In this document: positions 27,797 through 41,368 of the stretch, piece by piece
Layout: the number at the start of each line of letters is the position of its first letter
How positions within the stretch are numbered: position 1 is the first letter of the stretch
From: an uncultured Acidobacteriota bacterium
GTDB lineage: Bacteria > Acidobacteriota > Thermoanaerobaculia > UBA5066 > DATFVB01
Assembly (NCBI GenBank): GCA_963813155.1
Contig: CAWEYG010000005.1
Coordinates: forward strand, 32,001 to 96,000
DNA: 64,000 nt
Reading direction: 5' to 3'
Program-made: the position numbers and the translations under genes
Notes under the pieces: generated by a model
Seen by the model: only the letters and a program-made list of their open reading frames with translations
What the model was told of the DNA's origin: nothing
The model's database searches: none

Positions 27797-28400
27797 TCAC
27801 GGGCTGAACGCCCGGCGGTGAACCTCGGACGACTCCGAGAGCTCCGGGTGAAAAGTCGCCGCCTGCACGTTGCCCTGCCGCACCCAGACGGGGTCGTCGC
27901 CTTCTCTCGCGAGGATCTCCACCCCGGGCCCGACGCGGGAAATCTTCGGCGCGCGGATGTAGACCGCCTCCGTCTCCTCGCCGGCCGGCCCCCGCGCCGT
28001 GCCGACGAAAGAGTCGACCTGCCTCCCGTACGCGTTGCGCACGACGTCTACGTCGAGGACGCCGAGAGACCGCTGCACCGGATTCTCGACTCTTCGCGCG
28101 AGCAGGATCAGTCCGGCGCACGTCGCGAGGACCGGCTTTCCGCTCGCCGCGAATTCCCGCAGCGGCGTTTCCCATCCCTCGCGGTCGAAGAACTTCAGCA
28201 GCGTCGTGGATTCGCCGCCGGGCAGAACGAGACCGGACACGGAATCGAGCTCCCCGGGTTTTCGGATCTCGCGGCTCGGCAGGCCGGCGCGAGCGAGGGC
28301 TTCCGCATGCTTTCGCGAAATCGCCCTGCAACGCGAGAATCCCCACGGGACGCTTTTCCCCCTCTCCATCTGGAGAGGGGGTCAGGGGGTGAGGTCTCAC
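27797..28400 (-). CDS. pdxT: PLP synthase glutaminase subunit PdxT (apparent frameshift near 28312)
   Basis: [10 protein letters not shown] in one frame; [36 protein letters not shown] in another. Confidence 0.9.
28358..28394 (-). repeat. BoxC-like palindromic element at 5' end of pdxT
   Basis: Minus strand CCTCACCCCCTGACCCCCTCTCCA-GA-TGGAGAGGGGG; 11-bp perfect inverted repeat (28358-28368/28371-28381). Confidence 0.65.
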
Positions 28401-29278
28401 CACCCGCGCGTTTGCAGGCGGTCCGCCTCGGGAAGCGAGGCCGCGTCGAGTCCCTTCATCGCGTCGCCGAGATCCGCGGACGCCTCCACGAGGGCGTTCG
28501 CGTCGCGCCAGTGGGTCGTCGCCTGGACGATCGCGCGGGCGCGATTGGCGGGGTCGCTCGACTTGAAGATCCCCGAACCGACGAAGACCGACTCGGCGCC
28601 GAGCATCATGCAGAGCGCGGCGTCCGCGGGAGTCGCGATTCCGCCCGCCGCGAAATTCGGCACCGGGAGCTTCCCGGACTCCGCGACCTCGGTGACGAGC
28701 TCGAACGGGGCTCCCAGGCGCTTCGCTTCGGCCATCCGCTCGTCCCGGGACAGGAGCGTGAGCATCCGGATCTCGCGGAAGACCGACCGCAGGTGCTTGA
28801 CGGCGTGCACGATGTCGCCCGTGCCGGCCTCCCCTTTCGTCCGGATCATCGCCGCGCCTTCGCCGATCCGGCGCAGCGCCTCGCCGAGGTTGCGGCAGCC
28901 GCAGACGAACGGGACCTTGAAATCGTGCTTGTAGACGTGGTTTTCCTCGTCGGCGGGCGTCAGGACCTCCGATTCGTCGATGAAATCCACCTTCAACGCT
29001 TCGAGGATCCGGGCTTCGCCGAGGTGCCCGATCCGGCACTTCGCCATCACGGGAATCGAGACGGCTTTCTGGATCTCGCGAACCTTCGCCACCGGCGACA
29101 TTCGGGCGACTCCGCCTTCTTTTCGGATGTCGGCGGGAACACGCTCGAGCGCCATCACCGCGACGGCTCCCGCGTCTTCCGCGATCTTCGCCTGGTCGGC
29201 GTTGACCACGTCCATGATCACTCCCCCCTTGAGCATTTCGGCGAGACCCACCTTGAGCCGGAAATCGTTGGAATCCAT
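28397..29278 (-). CDS. pdxS: PLP synthase lyase subunit PdxS
   Basis: [56 protein letters not shown]; AAGGAGG RBS before ATG 29278. Confidence 0.97.
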   Translation of the reverse strand: MDSNDFRLKVGLAEMLKGGVIMDVVNADQAKIAEDAGAVAVMALERVPADIRKEGGVARMSPVAKVREIQKAVSIPVMAKCRIGHLGEARILEALKVDFIDESEVLTPADEENHVYKHDFKVPFVCGCRNLGEALRRIGEGAAMIRTKGEAGTGDIVHAVKHLRSVFREIRMLTLLSRDERMAEAKRLGAPFELVTEVAESGKLPVPNFAAGGIATPADAALCMMLGAESVFVGSGIFKSSDPANRARAIVQATTHWRDANALVEASADLGDAMKGLDAASLPEADRLQTRGW

Positions 29279-29314
29279 GGGTTCCTCCTTCATCGGTCTT
29301 TCCTTCTTCCGCAT

Positions 29315-30785
29315 TTACAGCGCGGGGATCGCGAGAGCGGACCCCGCTTCGCGTTGAACGGTTTCGATCGCTTTCGAGAGCCGGAGAATTCCCTCCGAGA
29401 TGGCGGACCGGTCGATGCGCGAGACCGACAGCCGGATCGCCGGCAGATCGCGGCCGAACGGGTCGAAGTCGGCGCCGGCGGCCACCCGGACGCCGGCGAG
29501 CGCCGCGACCCGCGCGGTCTCGCGGCCGCTCGAGCCGACGGGAAGCTCGAGCCACACGATCGGACTGCCGGGCTCGTCCCGAAAGGAAGCGCCCGGGAGA
29601 AGGCGGGAAATCGCCTCGACCGCGATCGCCCTCCGCGCCCGGATCTCGTCGGCGCGCTGGCGAAAGACGCCGGCGTCCAGGCCCTTCTCCAGAAATTCGG
29701 CCGTCGCCGCCTGGAGCGGCAGCGGCGTCTGAAGATCGGTCGTCTGTTTCGCGACCGAGAGAGCCCGCAGGACGGGACGGTCCGCGGCGATCCAACCGAG
29801 CCGGATGCCCGGAACGAGATCCTTCGAGAAGGAACCGAGACTCACGACGCGGGCGCGCTCGATCGCGCAGAGCGGCGGCTGGCCGGACGAGGGGCGCTCG
29901 TAGCCGTCCTCGACGACGAGGGCGCCGGATCCGAGCGCGGCGGCGAGGAATCGCCGGCGGCTTCCGGCGTCCATCGTCGAGCCGGTCGGATTGTGGCCCT
30001 CCGGCATCGTGTAGACCAGGCGGACACTTCCGCCCGAACAGCCGCGAGAAATCCCGGGCGCCGCGGTCCACCGGAATCTCGACGATCTCGGCGCCGAAGA
30101 ACCGGAGCAGGGGAAGGATCCCCGGATACGTCGGCGACTCCACGGCGACCGCGTCCCCCGGATCGACGAACGTCTTGAACAACAGGTCGAGCCCCTGCTG
30201 CGCTCCGGACGTCACGAGGATGTCCTCCTCGCCCCAGGGAGCGCCGGAGTCCGCGAGTCGCCGGGCGATTTCCCGTCGAAGGTCGCGCAGGCCCGAGGGA
30301 TTCGAATATCCCCAGAGCTCCTTGTGGCGGCGGCTGGTGGACGCGAGGATCTCGACGAATTCGCCGATCGGAAAGAAGCGCTCGTCCGGCGCGAGGCGCG
30401 AGAAGTCGGCAATGACCTCCCCCTCGGCGGGAGGCGCGGCCTCGGCGAGGTGGACGCGGGAGATCGCCGAGGAGAATCGGATCTCCGGGCTCCTTCCCCG
30501 GTCGGAGTCGCCGCCCTCGGCGGCTGCGCCCTCGCCGACCGTCACGCCGCTTCCGATCCGCGTCGTGAGCCGCCCTGCCGCCTCGAGACGGTGGATCGCC
30601 TTCAGGAGGACGCCGCGGTTGACGCCGGCGCGGGCCGCGAGCTCGCGCGTCGGCGGAAGCCGCTCCCCCGCCCTCAGAACGCCGCTCTCGATCAAGGTCC
30701 GCAGCCGCTCTTCGACGACATCGACGAGCGACCGCTCGTCAGCCGGAGACGAGATCTTGAAGGGGTCGCGAGCCGATTGGTTCAT
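29315..30785 (-). CDS. MocR/GabR-family PLP-dependent regulator (PdxR-like; apparent frameshift near 30028)
   Basis: GntR HTH (GERLPPTRELA..VNR..GSG); ILVTSGAQQGL, VESPTY, HNPTG, VEDGY, SFSKDLVPGIRLGW; directly upstream of pdxST. Confidence 0.85.
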
Positions 30786-30838
30786 TATCGAACCAATTTG
30801 ACAGCCTCAGTTGGGGTCTGTCAAGAGCCAATCGAACC
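30776..30838 (-). promoter_or_regulatory. pdxR promoter/operator
   Basis: Minus TTGACA (30819-30824), 17 bp, TCAAAT; ATTGGTTC/GAACCAAT inverted pair; GAACCAAT/GAGCCAAT direct pair. Confidence 0.7.
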
Positions 30839-30843
30839 GGGGC

Positions 30844-31107
30844 CTAGGCCCCGTGTTTGCGGAGCTCGTCGTCGAGGTTTCGGGCGAAAACGAGGTCGAA
30901 ATCGCGGGAGACGCCCTTGCGCTTCTCGAGCGCGGAGCGGACCTTCTCCTCGATCGATTCCAGCTCCTTGGCGGACTCGGTGACCTCGCGCGTCAGCGCG
31001 CGGCGAAGCGTCTCGAGATCGGTCGCGGGAGAGAGTTTCGGGTCCGCCGTCAACTTCTGCTGGAGGATCCGGGACAGGTAGAGCGCGCGGTCGGGGGAGA
31101 TTCTCAT
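30844..31107 (-). CDS. DUF507-like small protein
   Basis: MRISPDRALYLSRIL..IEEKVR..; ATGA overlap with transaldolase-like gene. Confidence 0.65.
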   Translation of the reverse strand: MRISPDRALYLSRILQQKLTADPKLSPATDLETLRRALTREVTESAKELESIEEKVRSALEKRKGVSRDFDLVFARNLDDELRKHGA

Positions 31108-31757
31108 GAATGCTTGCGCGAGGCGGGCTCCCACTCCCGCGCGAGGCGGGCGAGCCCCATGTCGGTCAGGGGATGCTTGAAGAGCTGTTCGACGATCGGG
31201 AACGACACGGTCGCGACGTCGGCGCCCATGAGCGCGGCGTCGAGGACGTGAACCGGGTTGCGGATCGAATCCACGAGCACGAGCGTCTGAAACCCGTAGT
31301 TGTCGTAGATCCGGATGATCTGCTCGATCAAGTCCATGCCGATCGCGCCGATGTCGTCGAGGCTGCCGACGAAGGGAGAGACGTACGCGGCGCCCGACTT
31401 GCCGATGATCAGCGCCTGCGCGGCGGAGAAGCAGAGCGACACGTTCACGGCGATCTGGTCCTGGGCGAGCAGGCGCACGACCTTCAGGCCGTCGGCCGTC
31501 ATCGGAAGCTTCACGACGATGTCCTTGCCGAGCTTGTGGTATTCGCGCCCTTCCTTGTACATCCCCTTCGCGTCGGAGGAGACGACTTCGGCCAGGACCG
31601 GCCCGTCGCCCACGGCGGCGAGCTCGCGGACGACCTGGCGGTACTCGCGCCCCTCGGCGACCGCCTGCGAGGGGGGAACCGAAATCCCGTCGAGAAGCCC
31701 CCAGTCCTTGACCTTTCGGGCCTCCTCGACCTTCACCGTCTCGAGAAAGAAGCGCAT
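31104..31757 (-). CDS. Transaldolase/fructose-6-phosphate aldolase-family protein with divergent active site
   Basis: IVVKLPMT (Schiff-base Lys), VNVSLCFS, YVSPFVG, SIRNPVHV, HPLTDMGL. Confidence 0.85.
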   Translation of the reverse strand: MRFFLETVKVEEARKVKDWGLLDGISVPPSQAVAEGREYRQVVRELAAVGDGPVLAEVVSSDAKGMYKEGREYHKLGKDIVVKLPMTADGLKVVRLLAQDQIAVNVSLCFSAAQALIIGKSGAAYVSPFVGSLDDIGAIGMDLIEQIIRIYDNYGFQTLVLVDSIRNPVHVLDAALMGADVATVSFPIVEQLFKHPLTDMGLARLAREWEPASRKHS

Positions 31758-31769
31758 GGCGGAATCCTA

Positions 31770-34367
31770 TCAGGCCTCGTCTTTGAGGAAGGGCGGCGTC
31801 TCCGGAGTTCCCGGCGGCAGCGTGCCCTGGACCGGCGGCTCCTCCTCGGGGTCCTCGCGCTCCGCGAGCTTCGCGACCGCGACGACCCGGTCGCCTTCGT
31901 CGAGGTCGATCAGGCGAACGCCCATGGCCGCGCGCCCGGTCTCGCGGATGTCCTTGACCTTGAGGCGAATCAGAATTCCCTTTTCGGTGATCAGGAGGAC
32001 CTGGTCCTCGTCGGTCACCGACTTGATGCCGACGACCGGACCGTTCTTCTCCGTCACCTTGACGTTGATGACGCCGGAGCCCCCGCGCGTCTGCAGGCGG
32101 TATTCGGAGGCGAGGCTGCGCTTTCCGTAGCCCTTCTCGGTGACCGTCAGGATCGTGCCGTCTTCTTCGACCGCCTCCATCTCGACGACGCAATCCTCGT
32201 CGCGCTTGAAGCGGATGCCGAAAACGCCCGTCGCCGTGCGCCCCATCGGCCGAACGTTCTTCTCCTGGAAACGAATTCCGAGGCCGCTCCGCGTCCCGAG
32301 GAAGATCTGGCGGGAGCCGTCGGTGATGCGAACCGAGAGGAGCTCGTCGTTTTGCTCCAGGTTGATCGCGTTGATGCCGCCGCTCCGGATGTTTCCGTAG
32401 GCGGCCAGCGGCGTCTTCTTGATGAGCCCGTTGCGGGTCGCGAAGACGAGGAAGCGGTCCTCGGGAAAGTCCTTCGTCGCCGCGAGCGCGACGAGCTGCT
32501 CTTCGGGCGTGAGCTGCAGAAGGTTGACGATCGCCTTTCCGCGGGTCGCCGGGCCGAGCTGCGGGAGGTCGTAGACCTTGATCCAGTGCATCCGTCCCTT
32601 CGACGTGAACGCGAGGATGAACGCGTGCGTGGACGCGGTGAACAGGTGTTCGACGACGTCTTCTTCCTTCGTCGTCGCGCCGACGCGGCCCTTTCCGCCG
32701 CGCCGCTGGGCGCGATAGAGCGAGAGGGGCGAGCGCTTGATGTAACCGCCGCGCGAGACGGTGATGACCATCTCTTCCTCGACGATCAGGTCTTCGACGC
32801 CGATTTCGGTCACTTCCGAAACGATCTCGGTTCGCCGCTCGTTGCCGAAGGTCTTCTTGATGTCCCGAAGCTCGCCGATGATGATCTCCCGCACGAGTTT
32901 CTCGGAGCTCAGGATCTCCAGGAGCCGGTCGATCAGGTCGAGAACCTCCCGGAATTCGGCGACGATCTTTTCCCGCTCCAGGCCGGTCAGCCTCTGCAGC
33001 CGCATGTCGAGGATCGCCTGCGCCTGGATGTCGTCCAGGTGGATCACGTCGGCGGGTTTGCCGGGACCCTCGAGCTTCTGGCCGACGAACTTCTCGACGC
33101 CCGCGCGCGTCATCGAGATTTCCGAAACGAGCCGGGCCTTCGCCTCCTTGGGATCCGCCGACCCGCGAATGATCTTGATCACCGCGTCGAGGTTTCCGAG
33201 GGCGAGCGCGAGACCCTTCAGGAGATGGGCCCGCTCCCTCGCCTTCTTCAGGTCGAACTTCGTCCGCCGCACGACGACCGTCTTGCGGTGGTCGACGAAG
33301 TGCTGGAGCAGCTCCTTGAGGTTGCAGACGCGGGGCGCTCCGTCGACGATGCCGAGAAAGATGATGCCGAACGTCGACTGCATCGCCGTCTGCGCGTAGA
33401 GCTTGTTCAGCACGACCTGCGAGTTTTCGCCTCGCTTGAGATCCACGACGACGCGGATACCGTCGCGGTCCGACTCGTCGCGCAGGTCGGAGATCCCCTC
33501 GATTTTCTTGTCGTTGACGAGCTCGGCGATCCGCTCGATCAGCTTCGCCTTGTTGACCTGGTACGGCAGCTCCGTGAGGATGATCGCTTCTTTTTCGCCG
33601 CGGGCCTGCTTTTCGATCACGACGCGCGCGCGCATCTGGATGATGCCGCGGCCCGTCGAATAGGCGTCCCGGATCCCCTTCGCGCCGTGGATGAAACCGG
33701 CCGTCGGAAAGTCCGGGCCGGGCATGCGCTTCATGAGCTGCGGGACGGTGGAATCCGGCTTCTGGATCAGGTCGATCGTCGCGTCGATGACTTCGCCCAG
33801 GTTGTGCGGGGGGATGTTCGTGGCCATCCCGACCGCGATTCCCGAAGAGCCGTTGACGAGGAGATTCGGGAACTTGCACGGCAGAACGGTCGGCTCCTTG
33901 AGCGAACCGTCGTAGTTGGGCACCCAATCGACGGTCTCCTTGTCGATGTCGTCGCCGATCATCTCGCTGGAGAGACGGGTCAGGCGGATCTCGGTGTATC
34001 GCATCGCCGCGGCGTTGTCGCCGTCGACGGAACCGAAGTTGCCCTGGCCGTCGACGAGCGGCTCCCGCATCGAAAAGTCCTGCGCCATGCGGACGATCGT
34101 GTCGTAGATGGCGGAGTCGCCGTGCGGATGGTATTTGCCCATGACGTCGCCGACGATGCGGGCGGACTTCTTGTACGGCTTGTTGTGGACGTTGTTCTGT
34201 TCCCACATCCCGAACAGGCACCGGCGGTGCACCGGCTTCAGGCCGTCGCGCACGTCGGGCAGCGCGCGCCCCACGATGACCGACATGGCGTAGTCGAGGT
34301 ACGACCGGCGCACCTCTTCCACCATCGAGACGGGGTTCTTCTTTTCGGAATCGAGAATCGAGCTCAT
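31770..34367 (-). CDS. gyrA: DNA gyrase subunit A
   Basis: [33 protein letters not shown], GyrA-box QRRGGKG. Confidence 0.98.
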   Translation of the reverse strand: MSSILDSEKKNPVSMVEEVRRSYLDYAMSVIVGRALPDVRDGLKPVHRRCLFGMWEQNNVHNKPYKKSARIVGDVMGKYHPHGDSAIYDTIVRMAQDFSMREPLVDGQGNFGSVDGDNAAAMRYTEIRLTRLSSEMIGDDIDKETVDWVPNYDGSLKEPTVLPCKFPNLLVNGSSGIAVGMATNIPPHNLGEVIDATIDLIQKPDSTVPQLMKRMPGPDFPTAGFIHGAKGIRDAYSTGRGIIQMRARVVIEKQARGEKEAIILTELPYQVNKAKLIERIAELVNDKKIEGISDLRDESDRDGIRVVVDLKRGENSQVVLNKLYAQTAMQSTFGIIFLGIVDGAPRVCNLKELLQHFVDHRKTVVVRRTKFDLKKARERAHLLKGLALALGNLDAVIKIIRGSADPKEAKARLVSEISMTRAGVEKFVGQKLEGPGKPADVIHLDDIQAQAILDMRLQRLTGLEREKIVAEFREVLDLIDRLLEILSSEKLVREIIIGELRDIKKTFGNERRTEIVSEVTEIGVEDLIVEEEMVITVSRGGYIKRSPLSLYRAQRRGGKGRVGATTKEEDVVEHLFTASTHAFILAFTSKGRMHWIKVYDLPQLGPATRGKAIVNLLQLTPEEQLVALAATKDFPEDRFLVFATRNGLIKKTPLAAYGNIRSGGINAINLEQNDELLSVRITDGSRQIFLGTRSGLGIRFQEKNVRPMGRTATGVFGIRFKRDEDCVVEMEAVEEDGTILTVTEKGYGKRSLASEYRLQTRGGSGVINVKVTEKNGPVVGIKSVTDEDQVLLITEKGILIRLKVKDIRETGRAAMGVRLIDLDEGDRVVAVAKLAEREDPEEEPPVQGTLPPGTPETPPFLKDEA

Positions 34368-34369
34368 GT

Positions 34370-37899
<3,530 letters not shown>

Positions 37900-37908
37900 C
37901 CGCTCTCC

Positions 37909-39021
37909 TCAAAGTCTCATCGGCATGACGACGTAGAGATACTTGGAGATTCCCGCGATGTCTTCCCCGGGACGGCAAAGGCACTGGGTGTTTTCGTCCT
38001 TCACCTGCAGGCGAACGTTTTCCGTCTCGGCCTCGGCGAGGAACTCCAGGAGGTACTGCGAATTCAGCCCGAGGGCGACCGGTTCGCCCGTGTACTCGAT
38101 CGGAAGCGTTTCGGTTCCTTCGCCGAGCTCCTGGCTCGCCGAAGAAACCGTCAGGCCCCCGTTCTCCAGCGACAGCCGCACGCCGCGCGCCCGTTCGGAA
38201 GAGAACAGGGCGATCCGCTTCACGGCGTTTTCCAGAACCGTTCGCGAGATCGTGATGATGCGGTCGTTGTCCCGCGAAAGAACTTTCTCGTAGTCCGGGA
38301 AATTCACGTCGAGCAGTCGGGCGATCAGCCTTCGCTCGCCGACCGTGAAGGCGAGATGGTTTTCCGAATGCGCGATGTCGAGCATTGCGTCGTCGGGCCC
38401 GTCCATTTTCAGGATTTCGGACAGCGCTTTCTTCGGAACCAGGATCGGCGGCAGGGATCCTTTTCCGCCCGGGCGGGGAAATTCCACCATCGCCAGGCGG
38501 TGTCCGTCAGTCGCGACGAGCTCGAGATCTTTCCCTTTTTCCTTCAAGAGAGCGCCGGAAAGTTGAAAGCGTTTTTCCTCCGACGAGATCGCGAAGAGGA
38601 TCTTCCGCGTCATCTTTTTCCAGGTCGACAGGGGGATCGAGAGGGAAGGCTTTCCTTCGACTTTCGGGACGGTCGGAAAATCTTCCGCCGGCTGAGCCAC
38701 CATTTTGTATTTTCCCGAGCCGGCCGTGACCCCGAGGTAATGGTTGTCGAGGAGCTTCAGGCGGATGCCGTCCTCGTCGAGGGATCGGATCAGGTCGAAG
38801 AGCTTTCGAGCCGGGACGCAGACCCCTCCCGGAGACGAAATTTTCGCGCCGACCTGGGTGTGGAGGGTCAAATCGAGGTCCGTGGAAGTGAGATCCAGGC
38901 CCCCGTTTTCGGCTTTCAGAAGGATGTTCGCGAGGATCGGAATCGTATTTTTCCGTTCCACCACACCTTGCAGGATCTGAAGTTCATTCAAGAACTTCCC
39001 GCGCTCAATTGTGAGTTCCAT
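37909..39021 (-). CDS. dnaN: DNA polymerase III beta clamp
   Basis: TIPILANI, STDLD, VATDGHRLA, FPDYEKV, VVMPMRL. Confidence 0.97.
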   Translation of the reverse strand: MELTIERGKFLNELQILQGVVERKNTIPILANILLKAENGGLDLTSTDLDLTLHTQVGAKISSPGGVCVPARKLFDLIRSLDEDGIRLKLLDNHYLGVTAGSGKYKMVAQPAEDFPTVPKVEGKPSLSIPLSTWKKMTRKILFAISSEEKRFQLSGALLKEKGKDLELVATDGHRLAMVEFPRPGGKGSLPPILVPKKALSEILKMDGPDDAMLDIAHSENHLAFTVGERRLIARLLDVNFPDYEKVLSRDNDRIITISRTVLENAVKRIALFSSERARGVRLSLENGGLTVSSASQELGEGTETLPIEYTGEPVALGLNSQYLLEFLAEAETENVRLQVKDENTQCLCRPGEDIAGISKYLYVVMPMRL

Positions 39022-39241
39022 ATCACTCCTGGTGAAGGAGAAAGAGTATCACACCAGGTACCCGTTGTAGGCCTGTGCGAGAGTCTTTTCTCATCGTGCT
39101 AAACTATTTTACACAAAACACTTAGTTCGCGTCAAGCCTTCGGAAAGGCGGCGTCCGAACGGGGGCTTTTCGCGGCAGGACCGTGGCCATGGCGGGGGTG
39201 TGAAATTCGTGCCTGTGGAAGGGGGGAAATTGCGTCCCAAC
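39022..39241. other. Candidate oriC unwinding region (dnaA-dnaN intergenic)
   Basis: AT-rich stretch 39086-39127; DnaA-box-like TTTTACACA (39107-39115); minus strand TCTCGCACA-GGCC-TAC-AAC. Confidence 0.6.
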
Positions 39242-40549
39242 TCACCGGAAAGACGAGCTCAAACCGTCGAGCGTCTTGTGAAAATCCGCGTCGTCCTCGT
39301 AGAGGCGCTGAATTTTTTCGACCGAATGCATGACCGTGGAGTGGTGCTTGTCGTTGAAGAGCCTTCCGATCTCCGGAAACGAGAGACGCGTGAGGTTCCG
39401 GCACAGGTACATCGCGATCTGCCGGGGAAAAGCGACGACCTTCGCGTTGGATTTCGCCTTGAGATCGGACACGCGCAGGCCGTAGTGGGAGGCGACGGCC
39501 TTCAGGATTTCCGCCGGGGTCGCCTTTCGGTCGTCGCTGACGACCATGTCCTTGAGCGTTTCGCGAGCGAGCTCGAGCGTCAGCGGGCTTCCGGTGAGCG
39601 AGGCGAAGGCGAGAACCCGGTTGACTCTTCCCTCGAGTTCCCGGATGTTGCTCTTGACGCTCGCCGCGATGTAGAGGGCGACGTCGTTGGGAATGAAAAT
39701 CTTTTCTTCCTCCGCCTTTTTCCGCAGGATCGCGACCTTCATTTCGAGATCGGGAGGCTGAATGTCGGCAATCAGCCCCCACTCGAACCTCGAACGCAGG
39801 CGCTCTTCGAGCGACGAGAGCTCCTTGGGCGGCGCATCGCAGGAAAGCACGATCTGACGCTGCGATTCGTGAAGGGAGTTGAACGTGTGGAAGAACTCTT
39901 CCTGTGTCGCTTCCTTGCCGGCGATGAACTGCACGTCGTCGACGAGCAGCACGTCGAGCTCCCGGTAGCGGCGGCGGAACTCGTGCATCCGCTCGCTCTT
40001 GATGCCGTTGATGAGGTCGTTCAGGAATTTCTCGGCGGAAAGGTAGAGCACCCGGGCGGCCGACCGGCCGCGGACGATCTCGTGCGCGATCGCGTGCATC
40101 AGGTGCGTCTTGCCCAGCCCGACGCCGCCGTAGATGAACAACGGGTTGTACGATCGCGAGGGAGCTTCGGCCACCGCGCGCGCCGCGGCGTGCGCGAACT
40201 GATTCGAGGAGCCGACGACGAAGCTCTGAAACGTGTAGCGGGGGTTCAGTCCCGGCGGAGGCGCCGCAGAAACCGATTTTTCCGTTTCGGCTCCCTGGGG
40301 ATCCGCGACGAATTCCAGCGTCAGGCCGGGGAGCCCGATCGATTCCGCGGCGGCGCGAAGCGAGGCCGAATGGTGCGACGGGATCCAGTCCGCAAAGACC
40401 GCGTTCGGGACGAGAATCGTCCAGAACGGCAATCCCTGCGTTTCACTCTCCGCGCCGAACCGCGCGGGGAGAAACCAGGTTCGAAATTCCTTTTCCTCGA
40501 TCTGGGGTTCGAGGGCGGAGAGAAACTCGGTCCACCGGTTTTGCGCCAT
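39242..40549 (-). CDS. dnaA: Chromosomal replication initiator DnaA
   Basis: LNPRYTF..FVVGSSN, YNPLFIYGGVGLGKTHL, DDVQF, RLRSRFEWGL, NIRELEG, PRQIAMY. Confidence 0.98.
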   Translation of the reverse strand: MAQNRWTEFLSALEPQIEEKEFRTWFLPARFGAESETQGLPFWTILVPNAVFADWIPSHHSASLRAAAESIGLPGLTLEFVADPQGAETEKSVSAAPPPGLNPRYTFQSFVVGSSNQFAHAAARAVAEAPSRSYNPLFIYGGVGLGKTHLMHAIAHEIVRGRSAARVLYLSAEKFLNDLINGIKSERMHEFRRRYRELDVLLVDDVQFIAGKEATQEEFFHTFNSLHESQRQIVLSCDAPPKELSSLEERLRSRFEWGLIADIQPPDLEMKVAILRKKAEEEKIFIPNDVALYIAASVKSNIRELEGRVNRVLAFASLTGSPLTLELARETLKDMVVSDDRKATPAEILKAVASHYGLRVSDLKAKSNAKVVAFPRQIAMYLCRNLTRLSFPEIGRLFNDKHHSTVMHSVEKIQRLYEDDADFHKTLDGLSSSFR

Positions 40550-40553
40550 CACA

Positions 40554-40585
40554 TTTTCCGCAGGTTTTTCCACAACTGTGGAAAC
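40554..40585. promoter_or_regulatory. Cluster of DnaA boxes upstream of dnaA
   Basis: TTTTCCGCA (40554-40562), TTTTCCACA (40566-40574), inverted TGTGGAAAC (40577-40585). Confidence 0.8.
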
Positions 40586-40610
40586 TTTCGCGGAGATCTT
40601 AGCATAATCC

Positions 40611-40640
40611 TTGACATGCTTTCGACGCGGGAAATAGAAT
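40611..40640 (+). promoter_or_regulatory. Sigma70 promoter of rpmH operon
   Basis: TTGACA-18 bp-TAGAAT. Confidence 0.8.
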
Positions 40641-40672
40641 CAAAGTTTTGAAGCGAAAGGTACGAGGAGCCC

Positions 40673-40807
40673 ATGAAAAGGACCTTCCAACCCAACAACA
40701 GCCGGCGCAAGAAGACGCACGGCTTTCGTTCTCGAATGAGCTCCAAGACCGGCCGGGCGGTGCTTTCGGCCCGCCGACGCAAGGGACGCAAACGTCTGAC
40801 GGTCTGA
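40673..40807 (+). CDS. rpmH: 50S ribosomal protein L34
   Basis: Manual translation [44 protein letters not shown]; GAGGAG RBS; absent from ORF track. Confidence 0.97.
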   Translation: MKRTFQPNNSRRKKTHGFRSRMSSKTGRAVLSARRRKGRKRLTV

Positions 40808-41184
40808 ACCCGGGAACAGTCGCCCGGGAGGGGTTTCCGAAAGAGAACCGGCTCCGAAAGAGGCAGGACTTCACCGCTTGTCAAAAGAGAGGCACAAGGA
40901 TTGCGGGGCGCTGGATGGTGCTGTTGGCCCTCGAGAATCGGGGGCCGGCGACGCGTTTGGGTCTCTCCGTGCCGCGCCGCGTGGGAACGGCGCCCACACG
41001 GAACCGAACGAAACGGCGCCTTCGCGACATTTTTCGCCGATTTCCACCGCTCGACGGGAGCCGGAAGGACATTTGCGTGATCGTGAAGCCCGAAGCGGCG
41101 CGAGCGACGTATCTGGAGCTTCGCGAGGAATTCGGGCGGCTGTACCGAACAGCCTTCTCACCCGGACGGCCCTCGGCCTCTTGA
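40804..41184 (+). CDS. rnpA: Ribonuclease P protein component
   Basis: [33 protein letters not shown] (RNR motif); probable CTG start overlapping rpmH stop. Confidence 0.88.
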   Translation: MNPGTVAREGFPKENRLRKRQDFTACQKRGTRIAGRWMVLLALENRGPATRLGLSVPRRVGTAPTRNRTKRRLRDIFRRFPPLDGSRKDICVIVKPEAARATYLELREEFGRLYRTAFSPGRPSAS

Positions 41185-41366
41185 AGGCCTACAAAGTCGT
41201 CCTTTCGCCCCTCCTTCCCCGCTCGTGCCGGTTCGAGCCGACGTGTTCCGAATACGCGAAGGAAGCAATCGCCCGATACGGTGTGGGACGAGGGTTCCTC
41301 CTCGCCGCGGGACGACTCTGCCGCTGCCAGCCGTTCTCGGCGGGCGGCTTCGATCCGGTGCGCTGA
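41181..41366 (+). CDS. yidD: Membrane protein insertion efficiency factor YidD
   Basis: SPLLPRSCRFEPTCSEYA..RLCRCQPFSAGGFDPV; start uncertain. Confidence 0.9.
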   Translation: MKAYKVVLSPLLPRSCRFEPTCSEYAKEAIARYGVGRGFLLAAGRLCRCQPFSAGGFDPVR

Positions 41367-41368
41367 AA

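Noticed and set aside
27783-30785. 1000-aa ORF as a PdxR-PdxT fusion
   Set aside because: Artefact of the pdxR and pdxT frame breaks; the middle overlaps pdxS out of frame
30844-34221. 1125-aa ORF
   Set aside because: Alternative frame of gyrA and the transaldolase-like gene; only the final 87 aa (DUF507-like) look real
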